DNA from: Acidimicrobiia bacterium | Lineage (GTDB): Bacteria > Actinomycetota > Acidimicrobiia > Acidimicrobiales > VFJN01 | Length of the DNA stretch: 64,000 nt | Assembly: GCA_046565645.1 (NCBI GenBank) | Contig: JBKHYD010000034.1 | Coordinates: 49,209-113,208 of the forward strand | Reading direction: 5' to 3' | Shown: one piece after another, positions 55,110 through 63,928 of the stretch | How positions within the stretch are numbered: the stretch's first letter is position 1 | Layout: the number at the start of each line of letters is the position of its first letter | Position numbers and translations under genes: made by a program | Notes under the pieces: model-generated | What the model was told of the DNA's origin: nothing | Databases searched by the model: none | Seen by the model: only the letters and a program-made list of their open reading frames with translations

Positions 55110-55714
55110 TCAGTCGACGGTGAGCTCGGCCACCATCCCGTGGGCGAGGTGGGGCGGGCCACCGGGGACCTCGGGCGGGCCGCCCGGGCTGGCGGCCGCG
55201 GCCTCGAGGTAGGCGGCCGGGTCGGCGCCGGTGGGGATGGCACAGAGCAGCAGTACCGGCCGGGCTCGGCGAGGGTGCCGTCACCCACCGCCGGGATGGT
55301 CTCGCCGCCGGGCGCCTGCAGCAGGACCGCAGCCGGCTCGCCGAGGATCCCCATGGACTCCTCCTGGGGCAGCGCCATGATCTCCGACAGGGACCGCTCC
55401 TCGTCGTCGGGGACCCGGAAGGCCACCAGCTCGTGCAGCTCGCTCTCGGACTCGTTGACGATCTCGAGCCGGGTGCCCGCCGGGACGGACTCCGGCACGT
55501 CCTCGAAGCCGAAGTCCACGAGCCGGATGGTGACGGTGGAGGGTGCGTCGGGGACGGTGGTCGAGCTCACCGGCTCGGCGGTGTCGTCCGAATCGTCACC
55601 GCAGGCGGCGAGGCCGGCCACCGCGACGAGGGACAGCCCGATCAGCGCCAGGCGGCGCCGGGTGGTGCTGGCGGCGCGGCGGTCGCCGGCGAGGGTGAAG
55701 GGGGTCTTGCGCAT
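55110..55714 (-). pseudogene. Lipoprotein with cupredoxin-like features; reading frame broken by a 1-nt indel near 55248-55256
   Basis: Frame A runs from MRKTPFTL...LIGLSLVAVAGLAACGDD (lipobox) to ...GTLAEPGRY. The convincing continuation is in another frame and stops at 55110: LLLCAIPTGADPAAYLEAAAASPGGPPEVPGGPPHLAHGMVAELTVD. Frame A continues as Pro/Arg/Ser shadow sequence. Confidence 0.6.
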
Positions 55715-55931
55715 CTGGTTCGCTCCTGGGTCCGGGGCGCCCGTCGCCGCTCCACACCCGGACCATCCACCGCTGCGCTTGGGGCCCGCTTGGCTCTCGC
55801 TTCGCGCCCGACTCCAAGCCGTCGCCAAGCGGTCGGCCACCGGGGCGACACCGCCGACCTGGGGCCCACCCGGGCCCAGGTCGGCGACCTCGTGCACGAG
55901 GACGTCGCCCTCGCGCTCCGGAGCTCGGCGG

Positions 55932-56567
55932 TCAGACCACCCGGCGGTTGATCAGCTGCGTGCTGGCACCCGGCAGGTAGGCCCTGCTGGCCTTCTCGTC
56001 GAGGAGCTGGGCGAAGGGGGCGTCACCAGCGAGCGCCTCGCTGGCCGCCTGGACCTGATCGATGGAGTCGTAGAGGGCGATCCAGCCGACCTCGCCGTAG
56101 ACACCCGTCTGCGACATGCCGAACGACGTCGGCCGGCCGGTGATGGCCTTGGCCCGCTGGGCGATCTCGACGCCGAGCACTGCAGCGTCGACGGCGGCTC
56201 CCGGGGCGGTGACGGCCCGGACCACGGTGGAGTACCGCGCGGTGGCGACGCCGTCGCGGTCGGCGTGGACGAGGCGGACGAGCCCGTCGGTGGCCGTGCC
56301 GTCGGTGTAGCTGCCCCCCTCCTGCACGAGCTCCAGGTAGCCCGGATCCGCCATCAGCTTCTCCTCCATGGACGACAGCGTGGCGAGGTCCTCGACCGCC
56401 GTGCTCCAGGTGAGCCGGCCCACGTCGGGAGACATCGTCGAGCTCCACAGCAGCACGGGGGTGTCAGCGATCGCATTCACCTTCTCGGTGATCTTGACCG
56501 ACCACGCCATCGAGTCGAGCAGGTTGCCGCGGGCGAGCTGGACAGATCGGGTGAAGAGGTACGTCAT
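55932..56567 (-). CDS. Hypothetical protein with two tandem ~100-aa halves (ferredoxin-like/ABM- or NIPSNAP-like by pattern)
   Basis: 211 aa. The halves YLFTRSVQLARGN...GRLTW...VRLV and YSTVVRAVTAPGA...GEVGW...INRRV align by eye. Divergent from the SARP regulator. Confidence 0.6.
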   Translation of the reverse strand: MTYLFTRSVQLARGNLLDSMAWSVKITEKVNAIADTPVLLWSSTMSPDVGRLTWSTAVEDLATLSSMEEKLMADPGYLELVQEGGSYTDGTATDGLVRLVHADRDGVATARYSTVVRAVTAPGAAVDAAVLGVEIAQRAKAITGRPTSFGMSQTGVYGEVGWIALYDSIDQVQAASEALAGDAPFAQLLDEKASRAYLPGASTQLINRRVV

Positions 56568-56681
56568 GGGCGGGATCCCCCTGTTCAGGGCCGGCAGGCG
56601 CCGGCAGGCCTCGATCGAACGCCTCCCCTGTTACAGATCCGCCTCACCCCGTAGGGTCCTCCGTAGGAGGGGCGAACAGCG

Positions 56682-59600
56682 ATGGAGCTTCGGGTGCTCG
56701 GCCCGCTCCGTGTGCTGGGGGACGGGGGACGGCCGATCAGGATCGCCAGCCGCTCGCAGCGACGGCTGCTCAGCCGTCTCGCCGTGGACGCCGGCGCCGT
56801 CGTCCGCACCGGCCTGCTCGAGGACGATCTCGGGCTCACGCCGAGTGCGCTCCGGACCAGCATCAGCCGGCTCCGGCTCGTGATCGGCGCCGAGCACCTC
56901 CTCACGACACCGCCTGGCTACGAGCTCGCGGTCGACGAGGTCGACGCCGCCGCCTTCGAGGCCGAGCTGGCTCGGGCACGTGCCGCGCCCGCGGCCGCGG
57001 CCCGGTCGGCGATCGAGTCAGCGCTCAGGCGATGGTCCGGCGATGCCTACGCCGAGGTCGCGCACGAGCCCTGGGCCGCGGCCGAGGTGGCCCGGCTGGC
57101 CGAGCTGCGCGCGGGCGCCGTCGAGGATCTGGTCGAGCTGCTGCTCGACGGGGGCGAGACGGCGCTCGCGCTGGCCACCCTCGAGCCCCACCTGACCGCC
57201 CACCCCTTCCGCGACCGCCCCCAGGTCCTGCACCTCCGAGCACTCGTGGCGGCAGGGCGTCGCACCGACGCCCTGCGCTCGTTCCAGCTCCACCGACGCC
57301 GCCTCGTCGAGGAGATCGGCACCGAGCCCTCACCCGAGCTCGTGGAGCTGGACCGCGCCATCGCCCGTGGCCAGCCGATCGAGCTGCCAGGGCGCGCCGG
57401 GCTCCCGGAGCGAGGGCCCGACGCCCGGCGGGCGACAGCGCTGCCGGCGCCGCTCAGCTCCTTCGTCGGCCGGCGCGAGGAGCTGGCTGCGGTGGCACCC
57501 CTGGTGGTCGCCCATCGCCTGGTGACGCTCACCGGCGCCGGTGGGTGCGGCAAGACGCGACTCGCACTCGAGCTGGCCACCCGGTCCGCCTCGACCCACC
57601 CTGGCGGCGCGTGGTGGATCGAGCTCAGCCAGCTCGGCGACGCATCGCACCTCGCCGACCAGGTCGCCCTCGCCACTGGGCTGGCGCCGTGGTCGGGTGG
57701 TGACCTCGTTCCGGCGCTCGCCGCGGTCCTCGGCGGCCACGGTCCCGCCCTCGTGGTCTTCGACAACGCCGAGCACGTGATCGAGCCGGTCGCAGCGCTC
57801 GTCGAGCACCTCATCACGAGCGCCCCCGAGGTCCACGTGCTGGTGACCAGCCGCGAGCCGCTGGGGCTGGCGGGAGAGCGGATCTGGCGGGTGCCGCCGC
57901 TGTCCGCCGCGGCGCCCGCGGCAGCGCAGGGCGACCTCGAGGCCTCGGACAGCGCTCGCCTGTTCCTCGAGCGGGCGCGGGCGGCGCGGCCGGGTCTGGT
58001 CGTCGGGGAGGCCGAGGTCGCGCACGTCGTCGCCATCTGCGACGGGCTGGATGGGCTGCCCCTGGCCCTGGAGCTGGCGGCGGCGCAGGCCCGCACGCTG
58101 CCGCTCGACCGGGTGGCCAGCGGGGTCGACGACGCGCTGCGCTGGCTCAGCCGAGCGACCCACTCCCCGCTCGCTCGCCACCAGACGCTCCACGCCTCGA
58201 TCGCGTGGAGCGTGGACCTCGTGGGCCCGGCCGAGCGGTCAGTGCTCACCCGGTTGGCCGCCTTCCGCGGTTGGTTCTCCCTCGATGCCGCAGCAGCGGT
58301 GGGATCCGACGACGACCTCGCCCCGGAGAAGGTGGTCCACGCGCTCAGCCGTCTGGTCGACGCCAGCCTCCTGCAGCTCGACGACGCCTCCGGGCGATAC
58401 CGGATGCTGAGCACGGTGCGGCAGTTCTGCCTGCAGCGCATCCGGGGGACGCCCGAGCTGGACCGGGTTCGAGCTGCGCACACGAGCTACGTCGCGCGCT
58501 GGTGCACCGAGGTGGGTGAGGGCGTGCACGGCATCGAGCGAGGGCCGCTCCTGCGTGAGATGCCCGACGTCGTGGCGGCCATGGAGTGGGCCCGGGCCCA
58601 CGCTCCGCTCGATGCGCTGCGCATGTGCGCGGGACTCGCGTCCGTGCGCAGCGCGCTGGGGCACACCGGTGCGCTAGCCGAGACCTGGGACTGGCTCATG
58701 GCGTTCGACCGCGATGGCGACCACGCGGCTGACTGGGCGACCGCCGTCGCCGCGCTGCTGTCGGCGGCCACCGGGCTCGTCGCCGACACCTCCGGGGTCG
58801 TGGACGCCGTCCTCGAGCGGCTTCCGCCCGACCGCCGCCGCGCCCACGGCTGGCTCACGCGCGGGGCAGCCATGGTGCCGGCCTACCGAGGCGACCTCGA
58901 TCCGATCGGCGCCTACGCCGACAGGATCGTCGCCGACGAGGACGACATGGAGAGCTCCATCTACGTGGGCTTCTGCGCCTACATGCTGGCGCTCAGCGGC
59001 CGCCTGGAGGAGTGCGACCACCGGATCGGCCAGCTGCGCCGCCTGACGCGGCGCCGCGGGGCGCCGTTCTGCGTGGACACCGTCGGCAACGGCTTCGCGG
59101 CGGCGCTGCTCATGTCGGTCCACCGTGGGGACCTCCAGGGCGCGGCCCGCCACGCCGCTGGCCCGGTGCCCGACGACCCGGCCTTCGCCATGACCTCCGC
59201 CGCCGTGCTCGCGCAGGTGGGCCTCCTCAGGCTCGAGCCGGAGCTCCTCGACGTCGCTGCCGGCTGGGCGCAGCGCGGGACGATCCCGCTGCTCGCCTTC
59301 CTCCCGACCTTCGTCGACTGCTGCCGAGCGGTCGTCGACGGGGACGCACCCCGGGCGGCGGACCTCGCCGAGCAGTACTGGGAGCAGGCTGCGGTCGTGC
59401 CGGTGTCAAGGCTGCAACCCCTGCCCCTGCTCACCGCCGCTCTGCTCGCGGCGGGACGGGACGCCGCCGCCCGCTCGATCGTGGACGAGGGCGAGGGGCT
59501 CGCCGCCGCCATGGGCGACGCTCCGCTGCCCACGGCCGCCGTCCTCCACGGCCGCGCCCAGCTGGCGCTCCACGCCGGCCACGCAGCGGCGGCGGTCGAG

Positions 59601-59795
59601 CCCGCTGAGGCGCTGCTCGACATGGCCGACGCGCACGGGCTCCGGTTGCAGGGCATCGACGCCCTGGAGCTGCTCGCCCAGGTCCACGGCGCGGACCGCG
59701 AGCTCCGGCCCCGGGCCGAGCTGGTGCAGGCCGCCGCCCGGGAGCGCGCCGCCACGGGATACCGCTTCTCCCTGACGGCACCCGAACCGCGGTGA
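56682..59795 (+). CDS. Large SARP/AfsR-family regulator: OmpR-type wHTH + BTAD + NB-ARC/STAND P-loop ATPase + helical-repeat C-terminus
   Basis: MELRVLGPLRVLGDG, BTAD (GDAYAEVAHEPWAAAEVARLAELR...HPFRDRPQVLHLRAL), FVGRREEL...VTLTGAGGCGKTRLALELA, VVFDNAEHV. 1037 aa. Confidence 0.9.
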   Translation: MELRVLGPLRVLGDGGRPIRIASRSQRRLLSRLAVDAGAVVRTGLLEDDLGLTPSALRTSISRLRLVIGAEHLLTTPPGYELAVDEVDAAAFEAELARARAAPAAAARSAIESALRRWSGDAYAEVAHEPWAAAEVARLAELRAGAVEDLVELLLDGGETALALATLEPHLTAHPFRDRPQVLHLRALVAAGRRTDALRSFQLHRRRLVEEIGTEPSPELVELDRAIARGQPIELPGRAGLPERGPDARRATALPAPLSSFVGRREELAAVAPLVVAHRLVTLTGAGGCGKTRLALELATRSASTHPGGAWWIELSQLGDASHLADQVALATGLAPWSGGDLVPALAAVLGGHGPALVVFDNAEHVIEPVAALVEHLITSAPEVHVLVTSREPLGLAGERIWRVPPLSAAAPAAAQGDLEASDSARLFLERARAARPGLVVGEAEVAHVVAICDGLDGLPLALELAAAQARTLPLDRVASGVDDALRWLSRATHSPLARHQTLHASIAWSVDLVGPAERSVLTRLAAFRGWFSLDAAAAVGSDDDLAPEKVVHALSRLVDASLLQLDDASGRYRMLSTVRQFCLQRIRGTPELDRVRAAHTSYVARWCTEVGEGVHGIERGPLLREMPDVVAAMEWARAHAPLDALRMCAGLASVRSALGHTGALAETWDWLMAFDRDGDHAADWATAVAALLSAATGLVADTSGVVDAVLERLPPDRRRAHGWLTRGAAMVPAYRGDLDPIGAYADRIVADEDDMESSIYVGFCAYMLALSGRLEECDHRIGQLRRLTRRRGAPFCVDTVGNGFAAALLMSVHRGDLQGAARHAAGPVPDDPAFAMTSAAVLAQVGLLRLEPELLDVAAGWAQRGTIPLLAFLPTFVDCCRAVVDGDAPRAADLAEQYWEQAAVVPVSRLQPLPLLTAALLAAGRDAAARSIVDEGEGLAAAMGDAPLPTAAVLHGRAQLALHAGHAAAAVEPAEALLDMADAHGLRLQGIDALELLAQVHGADRELRPRAELVQAAARERAATGYRFSLTAPEPR

Positions 59796-59828
59796 CCCCG
59801 CCCGCCATCGGGCGCCCGACCGACCTGC

Positions 59829-59846
59829 GATGGGTCCTGACCCATC
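59829..59846 (+). terminator. Short hairpin after the SARP gene
   Basis: GATGGGTC-CT-GACCCATC, a perfect 8-bp stem followed by TCTT, 34 nt after the stop. Confidence 0.35.
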
Positions 59847-59939
59847 TCTTGGAGGAGACCGCCCGGCCGGCCACGCCGACATCCTGCGCGGGCTCCTGGA
59901 CAGCACGACCGGCCGGTAGCTCCGTCGATCGCGAAGGGG

Positions 59940-60380
59940 CTACGCCTCGAGGGTGAACCGGTAGACGTTCGTCTCCCGCTCGACGAAGCCGACCTTCTTG
60001 TAGAGGGCGTTGGCGGCCTTGCGGCTCGGACGGCTGGTGAGGTCGACGGTGATGCAGCCGAGCTCCTGGGCGCGGGCGAGCATGGCCTCGGTGAGGCGGC
60101 GGCCGATGCCCTGGCCGCTCACGGCCTCGTCCACGATCACGTCCTCCACCCAGGCTCGCTGCCCGGTGGGGATGGGGAACACGGCGAGCGTGGACACCCC
60201 GACGATCCCGCCGTCGTCGACGGCCAGGAACTGGGTGATGGCCTGGTGGTCGAGCATGGCCCGCACGGCCTCGAGCGAGGGCGGCGGGTTGGATCGCGAC
60301 AGCTGGGGCACCAGGGTGACCAGGGCCTCGGTGAGGCGCTCGGCATCGTCGGGTCCGGCGATCGAGATGGTCACGGCCAT
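59940..60380 (-). CDS. GNAT-family N-acetyltransferase
   Basis: VEDVIVDEAVSGQGIGRRLTEAML (Q/RxxGxG/A motif A), ANALYKKVGF. Confidence 0.9.
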   Translation of the reverse strand: MAVTISIAGPDDAERLTEALVTLVPQLSRSNPPPSLEAVRAMLDHQAITQFLAVDDGGIVGVSTLAVFPIPTGQRAWVEDVIVDEAVSGQGIGRRLTEAMLARAQELGCITVDLTSRPSRKAANALYKKVGFVERETNVYRFTLEA

Positions 60381-60404
60381 GGCGACCGACGGTACCCGCC
60401 CCGG

Positions 60405-61946
60405 TCAGTCCCGCTCGGGGAGGGGCTGGGGCGGTGGCGGACCGACGTAGCGAGCCGACGGGCGGATGATGCGGTTGTCGGCGGCCTGCTCGAGGAGGTT
60501 GGCGCACCAGCCGATCACCCGGCTCGACGCGAAGGTGGGCGTGAACAGCTCGCGGGGCAGCCCGCAGTGGTCCATGACGACACCGGCGTAGAACTCCACG
60601 TTGGCGTACAGGTCCCGTCCGGGCTTGAGCTCGGCCAGCACCTCCACGACGGTCTGCTCGACCTCCTTGGCGAAGTCGATCTTCTCGGCCCCGATGCGCT
60701 CGGCCACGCCGCGGAGGAAGACGGACCGGGGGTCGTCGGTCTTGTAGACCCGGTGGCCGAAGCCCATGATCTTCTCGCCCTTGGTGACCGCGTCGACGAG
60801 GTAGGGCCGAGCGTTGTCGACCGTGCCGATGGCGTCGAGCAGGTCCAGCGCCCGGGAGGGCGCCCCGCCGTGCAGCGGTCCGGACAGCGCACCCATGCCG
60901 CCCACGACCGCGGCGGCCACGTCCGCTCCCGCCGAGCAGATCACCCGGGCCGTGAAGGTGGACGCGTTGAAGCCGTGGTCGATGGTGGTGATCTGGTACT
61001 GCTCGACGCCGCGGCCCTTCTCCGGGTCGGGCTCCTCGCCGGTCAGCATCCAGAGGTAGTTGGCGCCGTAGCCGAGGTCGTCCCGGGGCTCGATCGGCTC
61101 CCGGCCCTGCTGGAGGCGGTGCACCGCCATGATGAGCGTGGGCATGACGGCGCACAGCTGCAGGGCGTTGCGGCGCCGCTCGGCGTGGTCGATGTCGAGC
61201 GTGGGCTGGAACCCCTCGGCGGCCCCCACCATCGAGATGGCCGAGCGCACCGCCTCCATCACCGTCCGGCTCGACGCCGCCAGGGCCGGCAGGAGCCCGG
61301 CCACCGACTCGGGTACCCGGCGCAGCGGCCGCACCTCGGCGAGGAACGCCTCCCGCTCGGCCCGGGACGGCAGGTGCCCGTCGAAGAGGAGGAACCACAC
61401 GTCCTCCAGCGGGAGGTGGTCGGCGAGGGCGACCGCGTCGTACTGGCGGTAGTGGTAGAAGCCCTCCAAGCCGCGGACGTCGCCGACGGTGGTCTCGGCC
61501 ACGATCACGCCCTCGAGCCCGGGTGGCGCCTCGATCGTCGACGGGTGCACCACGGGCTGGATCTGGGCCAGCTCGGTGAGTGAGCGCAGCGACACCACCC
61601 CGACGAGCCGGCCGTCCTCCACCACCGGCAGGTGTCGGTAGTGGTGCTCCTTGAACCGGGCGAACGCCTCGATCACGGGCAGGTCGGGGGCGGCCGTGTC
61701 GACCGGCTGGGTCATCCACTCGCTGACCTTGGTGTCGGCGGCGGCCGCGCCGGTGGCGCTGAAGCGCACGAGGTCTCGCTCGGTGAGGATCCCGATCGGC
61801 CGCTCACCGTCCACCACGATGGCCGAGCCCTTGCCTCGCACCTGCATCCGCGCCGCCACCTCCTCGATCGTCTCGGCGGGCAGGGCGGTCACGGCCGGCG
61901 AGGTCATGGCCTCGCCGACCGTCCGGACGGTCGATGGGGCAGCCAT
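60405..61946 (-). CDS. Fusion protein: N-terminal CBS-domain pair + citrate synthase-family domain
   Basis: CBS pair: TVGEAMTSPAVTALPAETIEEVAARM...ILTERDLV; VSEWMTQPV...HLPVVEDGRLVGVVSLRSL. Citrate synthase: GALSGPLHGGA, MGFGHRVYKTDDPR, ANVEFYAGVV. ATG 61946 with TAGGCT 7 nt upstream. Confidence 0.85.
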   Translation of the reverse strand: MAAPSTVRTVGEAMTSPAVTALPAETIEEVAARMQVRGKGSAIVVDGERPIGILTERDLVRFSATGAAAADTKVSEWMTQPVDTAAPDLPVIEAFARFKEHHYRHLPVVEDGRLVGVVSLRSLTELAQIQPVVHPSTIEAPPGLEGVIVAETTVGDVRGLEGFYHYRQYDAVALADHLPLEDVWFLLFDGHLPSRAEREAFLAEVRPLRRVPESVAGLLPALAASSRTVMEAVRSAISMVGAAEGFQPTLDIDHAERRRNALQLCAVMPTLIMAVHRLQQGREPIEPRDDLGYGANYLWMLTGEEPDPEKGRGVEQYQITTIDHGFNASTFTARVICSAGADVAAAVVGGMGALSGPLHGGAPSRALDLLDAIGTVDNARPYLVDAVTKGEKIMGFGHRVYKTDDPRSVFLRGVAERIGAEKIDFAKEVEQTVVEVLAELKPGRDLYANVEFYAGVVMDHCGLPRELFTPTFASSRVIGWCANLLEQAADNRIIRPSARYVGPPPPQPLPERD

Positions 61947-62081
61947 GGCCGTGAGCCTACCGAGCCGTCCCGGGGGAGGCCCGGGCTTCGGACCGGCACG
62001 ACAGGCGATGTTCATGACCTCGCGACGAGGACGACACCGTGCGCTGCCCGGCCGGTCACATCGGGGTGTGAGCATGACCGC

Positions 62082-62276
62082 ATGCCCTCGCTCACGAGCC
62101 TCCTCCGAGCCCTCGGCAACGAGCGGGCGGTCGCCAACGCGAGCGCCCTCCTCGAGAGCCGGAGGCGAGAGGACTGGCTCGTCGCCGGTCTGGCGCGGCG
62201 GCTCGACCGGCACGAGGGCGTGGACCAGGCCACCTCGGGCGGCGACAGCGGCGTGGCCGCCCGAACGGCGATCTGA
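62082..62276 (+). CDS. Hypothetical small protein
   Basis: 64 aa, MPSLTSLLRALGNERAVANASALLESRRREDWLVAGLARRLDRHEG.... High GC3, and the opposite-strand ORF is Arg/Ser shadow-like. No family recognised. Confidence 0.4.
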   Translation: MPSLTSLLRALGNERAVANASALLESRRREDWLVAGLARRLDRHEGVDQATSGGDSGVAARTAI

Positions 62277-62314
62277 GCCGGTCCCGGTACCCTCCCCCCG
62301 GTGCCGGGACCGGC
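62277..62314. terminator. Bidirectional hairpin exactly filling the gap between two convergent stops
   Basis: GCCGGTCCCGGTACC / GGTGCCGGGACCGGC (11 perfect bp plus 4 more including one G-U) around a C-rich loop. Bounded by TGA 62274-62276 and the ycnI-like stop at 62315-62317. Confidence 0.5.
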
Positions 62315-62992
62315 TCAGCTGGTCCGGTCCATGCGGCGCTTGAGCGCCCAGCCTCCGACGCCCACCGCGACCAGGGCGGCGATCCCGGAGCCCACCAGCC
62401 ACGGGGTGGCGTCCTGGCTGCCGTCGTCGCGCTGCTCGACCTCGAGGGTCGTGCCCTCCCGCCGGGTCGAGGAGGTGGTGGGCTCCGACGTGGTGGTCGT
62501 GGGCGGCTCAGCGGTCGACGAGGTGGGGTTCGGGTTGGGAGCCAGCACGAGACGGGGCGCCGGGTAGCTGCCCTCCGCCGGGTCCTCCTCCTCCTGGATC
62601 CAGGCCAGCTCCCCCGCCTCGGTGGTCTGGATGGTCTTGAACAGGACCTCGCCCTCGACGTCGGGCAGGGTGACCCGCAGCGGGAACGCCGCCGGGACGC
62701 CATCGGACACCGGCCCGCCGCTCCAGGTCACCGTGCCCGCGGCTGCGTCGACCTCGATGGACCAGCCCGGCACCTCGGGCGCGTCGACCACCTCGGTCCC
62801 CTCCGGCAGGAGGACCTCGAGGCCCGTGGTGGCGGTGCCGTCCTTGCCGTGCTGGAAGGTGAACGTGATCGTGGTCGTAGCGCCCGCCACCGCCTCCTCG
62901 GCCTCCACGTCCACGTGCGCAGCCGCGGGGATGGCCACGGCCACCACGGCCACCGTCGCGAGCGCAGGGAGGGCGAGCAGTCGTCGGAGCAT
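62315..62992 (-). CDS. ycnI: YcnI-family (DUF1775) copper-binding protein with Thr/Pro linker and C-terminal TM anchor
   Basis: Signal peptide ending AAAHVDVEAEEAVAGATTTITFTFQHGKDG (mature N-terminal His), FPLRVTLPD, linker PTSSTAEPPTTTTSEPTTSST, TM WLVGSGIAALVAVGVGGWAL. Confidence 0.8.
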   Translation of the reverse strand: MLRRLLALPALATVAVVAVAIPAAAHVDVEAEEAVAGATTTITFTFQHGKDGTATTGLEVLLPEGTEVVDAPEVPGWSIEVDAAAGTVTWSGGPVSDGVPAAFPLRVTLPDVEGEVLFKTIQTTEAGELAWIQEEEDPAEGSYPAPRLVLAPNPNPTSSTAEPPTTTTSEPTTSSTRREGTTLEVEQRDDGSQDATPWLVGSGIAALVAVGVGGWALKRRMDRTS

Positions 62993-63082
62993 GGGGGGAT
63001 CGTCGCACGAGCGGCCCGGCCGGTTCCCATCGACCACCCGCAGCCCCACCGAGGTCCGGGTCATCGCCGGTACCGTGGGGCC

Positions 63083-63928
63083 ATGGAGCACGTTCGCTGG
63101 GCCATCCGCCCCGAGCTCCGCCACCCGGTGGTCATCGCAGCCTTCGAGGGGTGGAACGACGCCGGTGACGCCGCCACCAGCGCCGTCCGCTACCTGGTGG
63201 ACCGCTGGGACCTCGACCCCGTGGCCGAGATCGACCCGGAGGAGTTCTACGACTTCACCACCACCCGGCCCGAGGTCCACCTCGACGACGACGGCCGGCG
63301 CTCCATCGAGTGGCCGGCCACCGAGGTGTTCGCCGGCTCCACCCCCGATGCCGGGGACGTGGTGATCGTGGTCGGAGCCGAGCCGCAGCTGCGGTGGCGC
63401 ACCTACGCCGGCGAGCTCACCGAGCTCGTCCAGGAGCTGGGCGCGCGTCTGGGCATCACCGTGGGCGCCCTGCTGGCCGAGGTCCCGCACACCCGCCCCA
63501 CCGCCGTCGTCGGCACCGCCGAGCAGCCAGACCTGATCCCCGGCTTCGAGCTGCGCCGCTCCACCTACGAGGGGCCCACCGGCATCGTGGGCGTGCTCCA
63601 CGACGCCTGGCGCCAGGCCGGTCTCGACGCCGCGTCGCTCTGGGCCACCGTCCCCTCCTACGTGCCCGGTGCGCCGTCGCCCAAGGCCACCCTCGCCCTC
63701 GTGGAGCGGATCACCGCCCTGCTCCGCACCTCGGTCGTCACCACCGACCTCGAGATCGCGTCGGCGTCCTACGAGCGCCAGGTCAGCGAGCTCGTCGAAG
63801 CCGACGAGGAGACCTCCAGCTACGTGGCCAACCTCGAGGAGCGTCACGACGCGGAGCCCGAGCCCGACCAGATCCCCAGCGCCGACTCCATCGCCGAGGA
63901 GGTCGAGCGCTTCCTGCGGGAGCAGTGA
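63083..63928 (+). CDS. PAC2 (proteasome assembly chaperone 2-like) family protein
   Basis: LRHPVVIAAFEGWNDAGDAATSAV, PQLRW, YEGPTGIVGVL, acidic C-terminal tail. ATG with TACCGT 6 nt upstream. Confidence 0.8.
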   Translation: MEHVRWAIRPELRHPVVIAAFEGWNDAGDAATSAVRYLVDRWDLDPVAEIDPEEFYDFTTTRPEVHLDDDGRRSIEWPATEVFAGSTPDAGDVVIVVGAEPQLRWRTYAGELTELVQELGARLGITVGALLAEVPHTRPTAVVGTAEQPDLIPGFELRRSTYEGPTGIVGVLHDAWRQAGLDAASLWATVPSYVPGAPSPKATLALVERITALLRTSVVTTDLEIASASYERQVSELVEADEETSSYVANLEERHDAEPEPDQIPSADSIAEEVERFLREQ

